DNA of 32,000 bases from the NCBI GenBank assembly GCA_029851085.1, contig CP100318.1:150001-182000 (forward strand). The letters run 5' to 3'. The notes beneath the pieces were generated by a model. That model made no database searches. It was not told the DNA's origin and was given only the letters and a program-made list of their open reading frames with translations. This DNA is from Candidatus Saccharimonadota bacterium (lineage in GTDB: Bacteria > Bacteroidota > Bacteroidia > Flavobacteriales > Blattabacteriaceae). The position numbers were made by a program, and so were the translations under genes. Of the stretch, positions 17,670-27,404 are shown piece after piece. Each line of letters begins with the position of its first letter. The first letter of the stretch is position 1.

Positions 17670-20072
17670 TTATTCATAATTTTCTATTATGTCTCCAACT
17701 TGAATATTATTACAATTTTTAATACTTATACCACATTCATAACCTTTGTTAACTTCTTTAATATCTTCTTTAAATCTTTTTAAAGAAGTAATTTCACCAT
17801 CAGATAATATAACAATACCTTTTCTAATAAGTCTTATTTTAGAAGAATAAATTATTTTACCTTTAGTAATTATACATCCAGCAATAATACCTATTTTAGG
17901 TATTTTAAATATTTCTTGTACTTGTGCATTACCAATAATTATTTCTTTTTTATCATTAGATAATAATAATCCATCTATAACTTTTTTAATATCATTTATT
18001 ATATTATAAATAATTGAATATGTACGGATTTCAATATTTTCTTTTTCTGCAAGATTAATAATATTATTATTAGCTGTACGAACATTGAACCCTATAATTA
18101 TAGCATTTGATGCACTAGCTAATAAAACATCAGATTCAGTAATTGCTCCTACATTTTTATAAATAATATTAATCATAATTTTATCTGTAGATTCTTTTTG
18201 CAAAGAATGTACTATAGCTTCTATAGAACCATCTTTATCTCCTTTTATTATAATTTTAATTTCTTTAAAATTACCACCTAAAGAAATTCTTCTACCAATT
18301 TCATCTAATGTTAGATATTTTTGAGTACGAATATTTTGTTCACGTTGTAATTGCATTCGTTTATAAGCAATTTGTTTAGCTTTTTTCTCATCTTTAAATA
18401 CTTTAAATTTTTCTCCTGCTACAGGTGCTCCATTTAAACCTAAAATTATTGCTGGTTTAGAAGGACAAACTTCTTTGATAGATTTACCACGTTCGTCTAA
18501 AATAACTTTTATTTTTCCGTGATAATTACCTGCTAATACATAATCACCTTGTTTAAGGGTACCATTTTGTATAATAACATTAGTTAAAAAACCTCTACCT
18601 TTATCTAAACTTGCTTCTATAATAGTTCCTGTTGCTAATTTATTAGGATTAGCTTTAAGTTCTAAAATTTCAGATTCCATTATTATTTTTTCTAATAATT
18701 TATTTATACCTACACCTGTTTTTGCAGATATTTCTTGAGATTGATATTTACCTCCCCATTCTTCTACTAAAAGATTTATTGCTGCTAATTGTTCACGTAT
18801 TTTTTCAGGATTTGACAGAGGTTTATCAATTTTATTGATAGCAAATATCATTGATACACCAGATATTTTAGCATGACTAATTGCTTCTTTTGTTTGAGGC
18901 ATAATTTTATCATCTGATGCAATAACAATAACAGCAATATCAGTAATTTGAGCACCTCTTGCACGCATAGCAGTAAATGCTTCATGTCCAGGTGTATCAA
19001 TAAAAGTTATGCTTTTTCCATTAATATCAACACTATATGCTCCTATATGTTGAGTAATTCCTCCAACTTCTCCCACAATTAGATTAGAATTTCTAATATA
19101 ATCAATTAATGAAGTTTTACCATGATCTACATGTCCCATTATTGTTACTATAGGTGAACGATTTTTAAGATTTGTTTCAAAATCTTTTTCATCTTGAATT
19201 GCATATTCTAAACCTACAAATTCTACTAAATATCCAAATTCATCAGCAACTAATGTAATTGTATCAGCATTCAAACGTTGATTCATTGTTACCATAAGAC
19301 CTAATGACATACATGTTTGTATAATTTTAGTTTCAGAAACATTTATCATAGCAGATAATTCATTAACTGTTGCAAATTCTGTTATTTTAAGTAATTTTTT
19401 ATTGGTTGTTGGTGTTGGTTGATTAGTTTTAGTGTATTTATTATTTTTTTTATTAATTTTTTTATTTTTTAAAGTTTTGTTAACATTTTTAAATTTATAA
19501 AGATTATTATTTCCTAATGTTTTGTGAGATTTATTTTTTTTAAATTTATCAAGATTATTATTTCCTAATGATTTATCAAATTTATTTTTTTTAAATTTAT
19601 CAAGATTATTATTTCCTAATGATTTATCAAATTTATTTTTTTTAAATTTATCAAGATTATTATTTCCTAATGATTTATCAAATTTATTTTTTTTAAATTT
19701 ATCAAGATTATTATTTCCTAATGATTTATCAAATTTATTTTTTTTAAATTTATCAAGATTATTATTTCCTAATGATTTATCAAATTTATTTTTTTTAAAT
19801 TTATCAAGATTAATATTTCCTAATGTTTTGATATTTATACGTTTATAATGTATTATATCAGGTTTTTCTTTATTTTCCTGTTTTTTATTTTTGTTATTAT
19901 GATTATTTTGCATATTATTATCATATTTAAATTCTTTTATTAAAAGTTTATAAATATTTTTTTCTAATTTTAAATTAGGATTATATTCAATTTGAATGCC
20001 TTGAGTTTGTAAAAAATCAACAACTCTTTTAAGAGAAATATTAAATTTGGTTAAAATTGTTTTAAATCTCAT
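17670..20072 (-). CDS. infB: Translation initiation factor IF-2
   Basis: 800-aa ORF. G-domain motifs GHVDHGKTS, DTPGHEAF, NKIDK. IF-2 N-terminal domain (MRFKTILTKFNISLKRVVDFLQTQG). Its stop codon abuts the convergent sufS stop with a 0-nt spacer. Confidence 0.96.
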   Translation of the reverse strand: MRFKTILTKFNISLKRVVDFLQTQGIQIEYNPNLKLEKNIYKLLIKEFKYDNNMQNNHNNKNKKQENKEKPDIIHYKRINIKTLGNINLDKFKKNKFDKSLGNNNLDKFKKNKFDKSLGNNNLDKFKKNKFDKSLGNNNLDKFKKNKFDKSLGNNNLDKFKKNKFDKSLGNNNLDKFKKNKSHKTLGNNNLYKFKNVNKTLKNKKINKKNNKYTKTNQPTPTTNKKLLKITEFATVNELSAMINVSETKIIQTCMSLGLMVTMNQRLNADTITLVADEFGYLVEFVGLEYAIQDEKDFETNLKNRSPIVTIMGHVDHGKTSLIDYIRNSNLIVGEVGGITQHIGAYSVDINGKSITFIDTPGHEAFTAMRARGAQITDIAVIVIASDDKIMPQTKEAISHAKISGVSMIFAINKIDKPLSNPEKIREQLAAINLLVEEWGGKYQSQEISAKTGVGINKLLEKIIMESEILELKANPNKLATGTIIEASLDKGRGFLTNVIIQNGTLKQGDYVLAGNYHGKIKVILDERGKSIKEVCPSKPAIILGLNGAPVAGEKFKVFKDEKKAKQIAYKRMQLQREQNIRTQKYLTLDEIGRRISLGGNFKEIKIIIKGDKDGSIEAIVHSLQKESTDKIMINIIYKNVGAITESDVLLASASNAIIIGFNVRTANNNIINLAEKENIEIRTYSIIYNIINDIKKVIDGLLLSNDKKEIIIGNAQVQEIFKIPKIGIIAGCIITKGKIIYSSKIRLIRKGIVILSDGEITSLKRFKEDIKEVNKGYECGISIKNCNNIQVGDIIENYE
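19462..19826. repeat. In-frame 51-bp (17-aa) tandem repeat inside infB, about 7 units
   Basis: CCTAATG recurs at 19513, 19564, 19615, 19666, 19717, 19768 and 19819 (period 51). The protein reads TLGNINLDKFKKNKFDK, then (SLGNNNLDKFKKNKFDK) x4, then SLGNNNLDKFKKNKSHK, then a degenerate TLGNNNLYKFKNVNK. The central units are identical at nucleotide level. Confidence 0.9.
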
Positions 20073-20077
20073 TTAAT

Positions 20078-21112
20078 TTAATCTTTTAAAATATTTATTT
20101 TATAACCTGTTAATTGTGTGGCTAAACGAATATTTAATCCTCCTCGTCCAATAGCTTTAGATATTTCTTCCATTTTTAAATAAACATTAGCTAATTTATT
20201 TTTTTCATCTATTTTAATCATAGCAATTTTGGCAGGACTTAATGCTCTAGTAATATAAAGTTGAATATTTGTTGTATAATTAATTATATCAATATTTTCA
20301 TTTTTTAATTCTCTTATAAGAGAATGTATTCTTGATCCTTTAATACCTACACAAGCACCTACTGGATCTATACGATTATCAGAAGATTCAACAGCTATTT
20401 TAGCCTTTTCTCCAGGAATACGTACTACTTTTTTAATTTTAATTGTTTTATCAGCTATTTCAGGTATTTCTAATTCAAAAAGTTTTTCTAAAAATTTTTT
20501 ATTAGTTCTAGATAAAATAACTATAGGTTTACCATCTATCCAAGATATATTTTTTACTAATGCAATAACATTATCACCTTTTTTAAAAAAATCACTAAAT
20601 ATTTGTTCATTTTTAGGTAAAATCATTTCATTTTGTTCCTCATCTCTCATTAGAATATGTTGAGATAGAATGTGATATACTTCAACATTAACTATTTCTC
20701 CAATTTTTTTTTTTAATTTATTATATCTATTTATAGAGTATAAATTTTTTATTTTTAATAAAAAATTATTTTTTAGATAAAAAATAGCTCTTCGTCCTAA
20801 ATTTTTTAATTCAACTTTTTCAGTAACTTCTTCTCCAATTTCAAAATCTGATTCTATTTTTCGTGCAATTGAAAGTGCTATTTCTGTATTTAAATTTTTT
20901 AACATATTATCATGAACAACAATACGATTTATCCAAATTTCTATATCTACTTTATCTGGATTTACGATAATATCATAATTTTTTGAATTTCCATATTTTC
21001 GTTGTAAAATACTTCTTATAGATTCTTCTAATATAAACATTAGATTTTCTTTGTCTATATTTTGGTGTTTTATAAAATCCATAAAAGAATCTATTAAAGA
21101 TATGTTATCCAT
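20078..21112 (-). CDS. nusA: Transcription termination/antitermination factor NusA (short form, ends after KH2)
   Basis: 344-aa ORF immediately upstream of infB. It has an N-terminal RNAP-binding domain, an S1 region and two KH domains (PGEKAKIAV..DPVGACVGIKGSRI; KAIGRGGLNIRLATQLTG). Confidence 0.93.
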   Translation of the reverse strand: MDNISLIDSFMDFIKHQNIDKENLMFILEESIRSILQRKYGNSKNYDIIVNPDKVDIEIWINRIVVHDNMLKNLNTEIALSIARKIESDFEIGEEVTEKVELKNLGRRAIFYLKNNFLLKIKNLYSINRYNKLKKKIGEIVNVEVYHILSQHILMRDEEQNEMILPKNEQIFSDFFKKGDNVIALVKNISWIDGKPIVILSRTNKKFLEKLFELEIPEIADKTIKIKKVVRIPGEKAKIAVESSDNRIDPVGACVGIKGSRIHSLIRELKNENIDIINYTTNIQLYITRALSPAKIAMIKIDEKNKLANVYLKMEEISKAIGRGGLNIRLATQLTGYKINILKD

Positions 21113-21437
21113 TATTTTTTTATTTTTTATTAGAAAATTTTTTATTTTTATTATTTTACATTATATTTGAACAATATAAATATTAGATAATATAAAACAA
21201 TATTGGAAAGATTTATTATTAAATAATAAACTTTTAGAAAGTTTTGTTAGTTGTTTAATTTTAATATTATTATTAATAATTATTAATAATTTTTTTCAAT
21301 CATATAAATTATTAATTTTAATTATAAAAAAAACATCTTATATACTTTTAACATTAATATTTTTACAAATTTTATTTAGAATTAATAATTGGATTATACC
21401 AATAATTACTAGAAATAATAATTATGAAACAGTTGCA

Positions 21438-22208
21438 TTGCGTTCTTTTTCACAATTAATTAAAATAATTTCTGTTGTATTTTGTATAATAATGATTATA
21501 TCAATATTAACAAATAATCAACCAGGTACTATTTTAACAAGTTTAAGTACTTTAACAGCTATTATTATATTGATTTTTAGAGATATTATTTTAGGGTTTG
21601 TTTCTGGTATACAAATTGCTACTACAAAAATGGTAAAAGTTGGTGATTGTATTGCTATTCATAAATATAATATAAAAGGTATTTTATTAGAAATAAATAT
21701 TAATTTGGCAAAAATAGAAAATTTTGATAAAACAATTACTACTGTTCCAACTTATTATTTTATGTCTACAGCTATAACAAATTATGAATTAATACGTAAT
21801 TTACGTTTAATAAAAAAACATATAATTTTTAATATTAAAACTTTACAAATTTGTAATACTTTAAATAAATATAAAAAATCATTTTTAATAAGTGATTTTA
21901 TTAAAAATAAAGAATTAGAAATTGAAAATAATAAAACATTATTTAATAATAATAAACAAATAATTACTAATATTGGTATATATAGTGAATATATTCTGTT
22001 TTATCTTAAACAACATCCATTAATTTCTAAATCAGAAAAAATTATAGTTAAACAAATTGAATATACTACTCCTATTACTCCATATTATGGATTACCTATT
22101 GAAATATCTTGTTTTTGCAATGACAATAATAATAAAAAAATAATAGATGATATATTTTATTATATTATTATAATAGCTCAAGAATTTGATTTGGAAGTTA
22201 TGTTATAA
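21438..22208 (+). CDS. Mechanosensitive ion channel (MscS) family protein; true 5' end uncertain, frame open from 21180
   Basis: The 256-aa track ORF starts at a TTG. It has an MscS TM3/beta-domain signature (LTAIIILIFRDIILGFVSGIQIATTKMVKVGDCIAI..ENFDKTITTVPTYYFMSTAITNY). The 86 codons upstream (21180-21437) are stop-free and hydrophobic (..FVSCLILILLLIII.., ..ILLTLIFLQILF..) but contain no ATG/GTG/TTG. Confidence 0.75.
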   Translation: MRSFSQLIKIISVVFCIIMIISILTNNQPGTILTSLSTLTAIIILIFRDIILGFVSGIQIATTKMVKVGDCIAIHKYNIKGILLEININLAKIENFDKTITTVPTYYFMSTAITNYELIRNLRLIKKHIIFNIKTLQICNTLNKYKKSFLISDFIKNKELEIENNKTLFNNNKQIITNIGIYSEYILFYLKQHPLISKSEKIIVKQIEYTTPITPYYGLPIEISCFCNDNNNKKIIDDIFYYIIIIAQEFDLEVML

Positions 22209-22248
22209 TAATATTGTATAATATACAATAAAACAAAATAACAAATAT

Positions 22249-22446
22249 ATGACATATATGACATATATACTATATATCATATTAATATTTTTATTAAAAG
22301 AATCTTTAATAAAATTAAATTTATTTTTTAAAAAAAAATATAAACAAAAAGAAGAAACAATTATTATTTTTAATAGACCTAAAAAGAAAAAAATAAAGTC
22401 AAAAATTTATGCAGAAACTATTAATTATGAAGAAATAAAAGAATAA
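22249..22446 (+). CDS. Small membrane protein, possibly DUF4834-like
   Basis: 65-aa ORF with an N-terminal hydrophobic helix ([10 protein letters not shown]), a basic middle and an acidic C-terminus (INYEEIKE). That C-terminus resembles the ..Y.DYEE.. ending I recall for DUF4834. The evidence is weak and not searched. Confidence 0.4.
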   Translation: MTYMTYILYIILIFLLKESLIKLNLFFKKKYKQKEETIIIFNRPKKKKIKSKIYAETINYEEIKE

Positions 22447-22465
22447 TTTTAATATTTTTTATAAA

Positions 22466-22807
22466 ATGGCATTAAAAATAACAAATGAATGCATAAATTG
22501 TGGTGCTTGCGAACCTGAATGTCCTAATAAAGCTATTTATGAAGGAGGAAAAGAATGGAAATTATCTGAGGGTACATCATTAAAAGGAATTATAAAATTT
22601 AAATCATTAATAGATGCTGATAAATTTCAAGTTCCTAAAAGTAAAAAAGTATATTTTATAGTAACAGAAAAATGTACTGAATGTATAGGATTTAATAATG
22701 AACCTCAATGTGCATCCGTATGTCCTGTTGATTGTTGTATTTTAGATAATATTGAATCGAAAGAAGAATTACTTAAAAAGAAAAAAATGTTACATAATGA
22801 AAAATAA
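22466..22807 (+). CDS. 4Fe-4S dicluster ferredoxin
   Basis: 113-aa ORF with two cluster motifs: [12 protein letters not shown] and [22 protein letters not shown]. Confidence 0.88.
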   Translation: MALKITNECINCGACEPECPNKAIYEGGKEWKLSEGTSLKGIIKFKSLIDADKFQVPKSKKVYFIVTEKCTECIGFNNEPQCASVCPVDCCILDNIESKEELLKKKKMLHNEK

Positions 22808-22840
22808 TGTTTTTTAGAAAAAATTAACATAAAATATATT

Positions 22841-23809
22841 ATGAATAATAATATTTTTTATCAAAAAAAATTACGTCCTATAAAATTCTGTGAATTTATT
22901 GGTCAAAATAAAATTATAGAAAATTTAAAAATTTTTGTTAAAGCAGCTAAACAAAGAAAAGAAGCTTTAGATCATGTTCTTTTATATGGTTTACCTGGTT
23001 TAGGAAAAACTACATTAGCTTATATAATAGCTAATGAATTAGGTGTAAATATGAAAATTACTTCTGGACCTGTTTTAGAAAAACCAGGTGATTTAGCTGG
23101 TCTATTAACTAATTTAGAAATAAAAGATGTACTTTTTATAGATGAAATTCATCGTTTATCACCTATTGTAGAAGAATATTTATATTCCGCTATGGAAGAT
23201 TATAAAATTGATATTATGATTGAATCTGGACCTAATGCACGTTCTGTGCAAATAAATATAAATCCATTTACTCTTATAGGTTCTACAACTCGTTCAGGAT
23301 TATTAACTGCACCTCTGCGTTCTAGGTTTGGTATTAATTGTCATTTAGAATTATATTCTATAATTTATTTAAATAATATTATTATGCGTAATGCTAATCT
23401 TCTTAATATTTCTATTGAAAATGATGCAGCATTAGAAATTGCTTTTCGTAGTAGAGGAACTCCTAGAATTGCTAATATATTACTAAGACGTATTCGTGAT
23501 TTTGCTCAAATAAAGGGTAATGGAAAAATAGATATATCTATATCAAAACTGTGTCTAAAATCATTAAATGTTGATATTAAAGGATTAAATGAAATAGATA
23601 ATAAAATTCTTAATATTATTATTCAAAAATTTAATGGTGGACCGGTAGGACTTAATACTATTGCTGCAATCATAAATGAAAATCCTATAACACTTGAAGA
23701 AGTATATGAACCTTTTCTTATTCAAGAAGGATATTTAATACGAACAAATCGTGGTAGAGAAGTAACAAAATTAGCATATAAACATTTAGAAATAAAAAAA
23801 ATTGATTAA
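22841..23809 (+). CDS. ruvB: Holliday junction branch migration helicase RuvB
   Basis: 322-aa ORF. AAA+ Walker A GLPGLGKTTLA, Walker B LFIDEIHRL, sensor motifs TTRSGLLTAPLRSRFG, and a winged-helix C-terminus (LIRTNRGREVT). Confidence 0.95.
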   Translation: MNNNIFYQKKLRPIKFCEFIGQNKIIENLKIFVKAAKQRKEALDHVLLYGLPGLGKTTLAYIIANELGVNMKITSGPVLEKPGDLAGLLTNLEIKDVLFIDEIHRLSPIVEEYLYSAMEDYKIDIMIESGPNARSVQININPFTLIGSTTRSGLLTAPLRSRFGINCHLELYSIIYLNNIIMRNANLLNISIENDAALEIAFRSRGTPRIANILLRRIRDFAQIKGNGKIDISISKLCLKSLNVDIKGLNEIDNKILNIIIQKFNGGPVGLNTIAAIINENPITLEEVYEPFLIQEGYLIRTNRGREVTKLAYKHLEIKKID

Positions 23810-24764
23810 TAAAAAACATTTTTTAACTGAAGATTTAGTATCAAATCAAAAACCAAAATGGTGTATTGGCTGTGGTAATTATTCTATTTTAAAACAAGTA
23901 CAAGAAATTTTACCTATAATTGGTGTTAGTAAAGAAAATATTGTTTTTATTTCTGGAATAGGATGTTCGTCTCGTTTTCCATATTATATGAATACTTTTG
24001 GTTTTCATGGGATTCATGGTCGTGCACCAGCAATTGCTACAGGAGTAAAATTAGCTAATTCTAAATTAAATATTTGGATTATTACAGGAGATGGGGATAG
24101 TTTAGCTATTGGTGGAAATCATTTAATACATTTACTTAGACGTAATATTAATTTGCAATTATTACTTATAAATAATGAAATTTATGGTCTAACTAAAGGA
24201 CAACATTCTCCTACTACAAAAATAGGTAAAAAAAATAAAATTGATAAACCATTTAATACATTAACTCTAGTTTTAGGAGCTGGAGGATCTTTTGTTGCTA
24301 GATCTATAGATAGAGATACTGAACATCTAAAAAAAATGCTTATAAGATGTTATAAACATATAGGAACTTCATTTTTAGAAATATATCAAAATTGTAATAT
24401 TTTTAATGATGGTGTTTTTAATCATTTTACAGACAAAAAAACAAAATATGATAATACAATATTTTTAGAACATGATAAACCATTAATTTTTGGAAAAAAT
24501 TATAACAAAGGAATATTACTTGATGGATTAGAACCTAAAATAGTTTCTTTAGAAGAAACTACTTATTCTATTCAAGATTTATGGATACATAATGAAAAAG
24601 ATCGTACTAAAGCTAATATATTAGCAAGATTTTCTGATAAAAATGATTTCCCATATCCATTTGGAGTATTATTTAATGAAATAATTCCATGTTATGATCA
24701 ACTTTTTGAAGAAAAATATAAATCAAATAACGAAAATTATACTTTTGACGGATTTATTTTGTAA
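23802..24764 (+). CDS. korB: 2-oxoacid (2-oxoglutarate):ferredoxin oxidoreductase subunit beta
   Basis: 320-aa ORF with a TTG start overlapping ruvB by 8 nt. KPKWCIGCGNYSILKQV N-terminus and a TPP-binding fold (GIGCSSRFPYYM..GIHGRAPAIATG..ITGDGDSLAIGGNH..NNEIYGLTKGQ). Confidence 0.87.
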   Translation: MINKKHFLTEDLVSNQKPKWCIGCGNYSILKQVQEILPIIGVSKENIVFISGIGCSSRFPYYMNTFGFHGIHGRAPAIATGVKLANSKLNIWIITGDGDSLAIGGNHLIHLLRRNINLQLLLINNEIYGLTKGQHSPTTKIGKKNKIDKPFNTLTLVLGAGGSFVARSIDRDTEHLKKMLIRCYKHIGTSFLEIYQNCNIFNDGVFNHFTDKKTKYDNTIFLEHDKPLIFGKNYNKGILLDGLEPKIVSLEETTYSIQDLWIHNEKDRTKANILARFSDKNDFPYPFGVLFNEIIPCYDQLFEEKYKSNNENYTFDGFIL

Positions 24765-25417
24765 TTTTTTAAATAAAAAGGTTCAAAATATGTTATATCT
24801 TGGTAATCTTTTTTTTCAAAAAGTTTTTCAGAAAAAAATACCATATTTTTAGCAGAAGGATAAGCATATATAAAATGTTTAAAATTTGTTAAAAACATTT
24901 TACATTTATTTTCATTTTGAATTTCATTTGAAATACATATTTTTTTATATAAATAATATTCTTTAAATAATTCTTTATTAAAAAATTTAGTTGTAATGGG
25001 TATCAACATTTTATATTTATTATTAAATAATGTTGTATAAACTTCATTATTACAAGTATTTATCATTGGAATAATAAGTTCATTTTCAACAATATTTAAA
25101 TCAATTGATTTAATCAAAATTGATAAACTATCTATAGATAATAATGGAATATGTAAACAATAACAAATACCTTTAGCTGTGGAAACTCCTATTCTAAGAC
25201 TAGTATAAGAACCTGGTCCTTTACTAACACAAACAGCATTTAAATTTTTTATTTTAAAATTAGCATTTTTTAAAGCATTATTTATAAATAAATGTAATTT
25301 TTCTGAATGAATATATTTTTTAGTATTTTCTTCTATTAAAGATAATAATTTTCCATTTTTAGAAATACTTACTGAACAATTTGTAGTAGAAGTTTCAATA
25401 TTAAGAATTAAGGCCAT
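24737..25417 (-). CDS. tsaB: tRNA t6A37 biosynthesis protein TsaB (YeaZ)
   Basis: 226-aa ORF. ILNIETSTTNCSVSI N-terminus and the GPGSYTSLRIGVSTAKG motif of the TsaB/YeaZ family. It overlaps the convergent korB by 28 nt. Confidence 0.87.
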   Translation of the reverse strand: MALILNIETSTTNCSVSISKNGKLLSLIEENTKKYIHSEKLHLFINNALKNANFKIKNLNAVCVSKGPGSYTSLRIGVSTAKGICYCLHIPLLSIDSLSILIKSIDLNIVENELIIPMINTCNNEVYTTLFNNKYKMLIPITTKFFNKELFKEYYLYKKICISNEIQNENKCKMFLTNFKHFIYAYPSAKNMVFFSEKLFEKKDYQDITYFEPFYLKNYKINPSKV

Positions 25418-25740
25418 ATTTTAGATATTTGTGCAAATTTTTGTCCAAAATTATAAATTTCAATAGCAATATTATCATTTGATGTAGCACGTTTATATGT
25501 ATCTGCCATTGAAATAAAAATTTGATAAAAAAAGAGATTCATATCTACTAAAAGCATTTCTTTAGTCCATAAATCTATTCTATAAGAATCTTTTTTTTTA
25601 AAATTCCATAAAGAAAGAATAAAAGCATTACAAGGTTCTTTTATAATATTACCATCTTGTGCAGTCCAATTAATAATTTCAGGTATATTATTTTCATCTA
25701 AACATATATTAATTTGAATATATGTTTTTTTTTTAATCAT
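25408..25740 (-). CDS. gldC: GldC-like protein (gliding-motility-associated family)
   Basis: 110-aa ORF. LDENNIPEIINWTAQDG, RIDLWTKEM and FFYQIFISMADTYKRAT match the conserved blocks of flavobacterial GldC as I recall them. Confidence 0.72.
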   Translation of the reverse strand: MIKKKTYIQINICLDENNIPEIINWTAQDGNIIKEPCNAFILSLWNFKKKDSYRIDLWTKEMLLVDMNLFFYQIFISMADTYKRATSNDNIAIEIYNFGQKFAQISKIWP

Positions 25741-25759
25741 ATTTTTTAGTTTTTGTACG

Positions 25760-26185
25760 TTATAACGTAGTTTTTAAATTAAAAGCAATTGCATATAATT
25801 TTATAGTTTTAAACATTTCTAACATTCCATTAGCACGTCTAGGAGATAAAAAAGATTCTAAACCTATTGTTGAAAAAACATATTTATTTGAATTAATAAT
25901 TTCTTTAGGCTGTCTTCCAGAATATAAACGTAACATTAAAGCAGCAATACCTTTAGGCAAAAGAGCATCACTATCAGCTTGTAAAATAATATATTTATCT
26001 ATTAATTTAGCATTTATCCATACTTGAGATTGACAATTTTTAATTAAAGTATTTGCATTTTTATCTTTTGAAGACATAGGTTTAAGTTTTTTTCCTAATT
26101 CTATTAAGTATTCATATTTGTCTTCCCAATTATTTAATTGTTCAAATTCTTGAATAATTTCTATTTCTATTTTTTGTAATGTCAT
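25760..26185 (-). CDS. sufE: SufE-family sulfur acceptor protein
   Basis: 141-aa ORF. NWEDKYEYLIELGKKL, active-site region IKNCQSQVWI, and DSDALLPKGIAALM blocks typical of SufE/CsdE. Confidence 0.85.
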   Translation of the reverse strand: MTLQKIEIEIIQEFEQLNNWEDKYEYLIELGKKLKPMSSKDKNANTLIKNCQSQVWINAKLIDKYIILQADSDALLPKGIAALMLRLYSGRQPKEIINSNKYVFSTIGLESFLSPRRANGMLEMFKTIKLYAIAFNLKTTL

Positions 26186-26195
26186 ATAGAATTAT

Positions 26196-27404
26196 TTAAT
26201 AAGGATATTTATAATATTTACTTTCATTAAAAAATGGATTTCCTTTTGGATCAAATTCCATTTTTCTTAATGTTTTTTGTATTATAAATATAAAAAATCC
26301 CATCATAAATAAAAATGAACCAATTTCTAAAAATCCAAATCCATAAAATTTATATACACTACTAGGCATAATCATATTATATATATCAATATAATGTCCT
26401 ATTATAATAATAAATCCTATTATAGTTATTACTTTATAATTTCTTTTTATATTACTACTTATTAATCCTAATAAAGGGATTAAAAAATTAGGAATAAGCA
26501 TCCATAAATAAATATTATTATATTCTTTTGATCTATTAAAAAAATAGATAACTTCTTCAGGAATATTTCCATACCAATATAATAAATATTGTGCAAACCA
26601 TAAATATGACCATAATAAACTAGTAGCAAATATATATTTAGCTAAATCATGTAAATGATTATTATTAAATAATGGAATATAACCTTTATTTTTTAAATAA
26701 ATAGATATTAAAGTTATAGTAGTAATTCCTGTTACTACATAACTACTTAATATATACCAACTAAATAAAGTACTAATCCAATTTATGTCTAATGACATAA
26801 TCCAATCCCAACCCATAGTTGTAGATGTTATAGCAAAAAATATTAAAAATATTACATTTACTTTATAAAGTTTATTATAATATAATATATTATGTGTTTT
26901 ATCTAATTTTTTAGATAAATTTTTGATATATATCATAAATATAGTCCATCCTACTAAATATATAATACTTCTTATAAGAAAAAAAACTTTGTTTAAATAA
27001 GGTTGTTTATTAATTATTATTTTATCTATTGGATTTAAATCCATCCAACTAAATATATGAATATATCCTATACTATTTAATACTAAAATTAAAATAATTA
27101 TTATTCCTCCATAAGGAATAAAAGAAGCTATTCCTTCCATTATTCTAATAATTACTATTACCCATCCTGCCTTTGAAACATATTGTATTCCTAAAAAAAA
27201 TAAAACGCCTAATGAAATACTAGTAAAATAAAATGCTGCTATATATAAAGCTGACCAAGGTCTATTATAAATTTTATTTTTTAAATATGAAATATTTTGT
27301 TCTAATTTTATTTCATTTTTTTGAATCGATAAATTTTGATAAAATCCTATGCTAAATAGCATAAATCCTATAATTATAAATATATAAGTAACATATTTGT
27401 ACAT
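26196..27404 (-). CDS. actF: Alternative complex III subunit ActF-like polytopic membrane protein
   Basis: 402-aa highly hydrophobic ORF with about 10 predicted TM stretches. It is the last gene of the actB-C-D-E-F string and shares 1 nt (TAATG) with actE. The assignment rests on position and architecture. Confidence 0.7.
   Translation of the reverse strand: MYKYVTYIFIIIGFMLFSIGFYQNLSIQKNEIKLEQNISYLKNKIYNRPWSALYIAAFYFTSISLGVLFFLGIQYVSKAGWVIVIIRIMEGIASFIPYGGIIIILILVLNSIGYIHIFSWMDLNPIDKIIINKQPYLNKVFFLIRSIIYLVGWTIFMIYIKNLSKKLDKTHNILYYNKLYKVNVIFLIFFAITSTTMGWDWIMSLDINWISTLFSWYILSSYVVTGITTITLISIYLKNKGYIPLFNNNHLHDLAKYIFATSLLWSYLWFAQYLLYWYGNIPEEVIYFFNRSKEYNNIYLWMLIPNFLIPLLGLISSNIKRNYKVITIIGFIIIIGHYIDIYNMIMPSSVYKFYGFGFLEIGSFLFMMGFFIFIIQKTLRKMEFDPKGNPFFNESKYYKYPY

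Noticed and set aside
25591-25599. Long T-run in gldC as another poly(A) tract of 10 nt or more
   Set aside because: Cross-checking against the translated ORF (..WNFKKKDSY..) shows it is only 9 nt, so it was left out of the homopolymer list.
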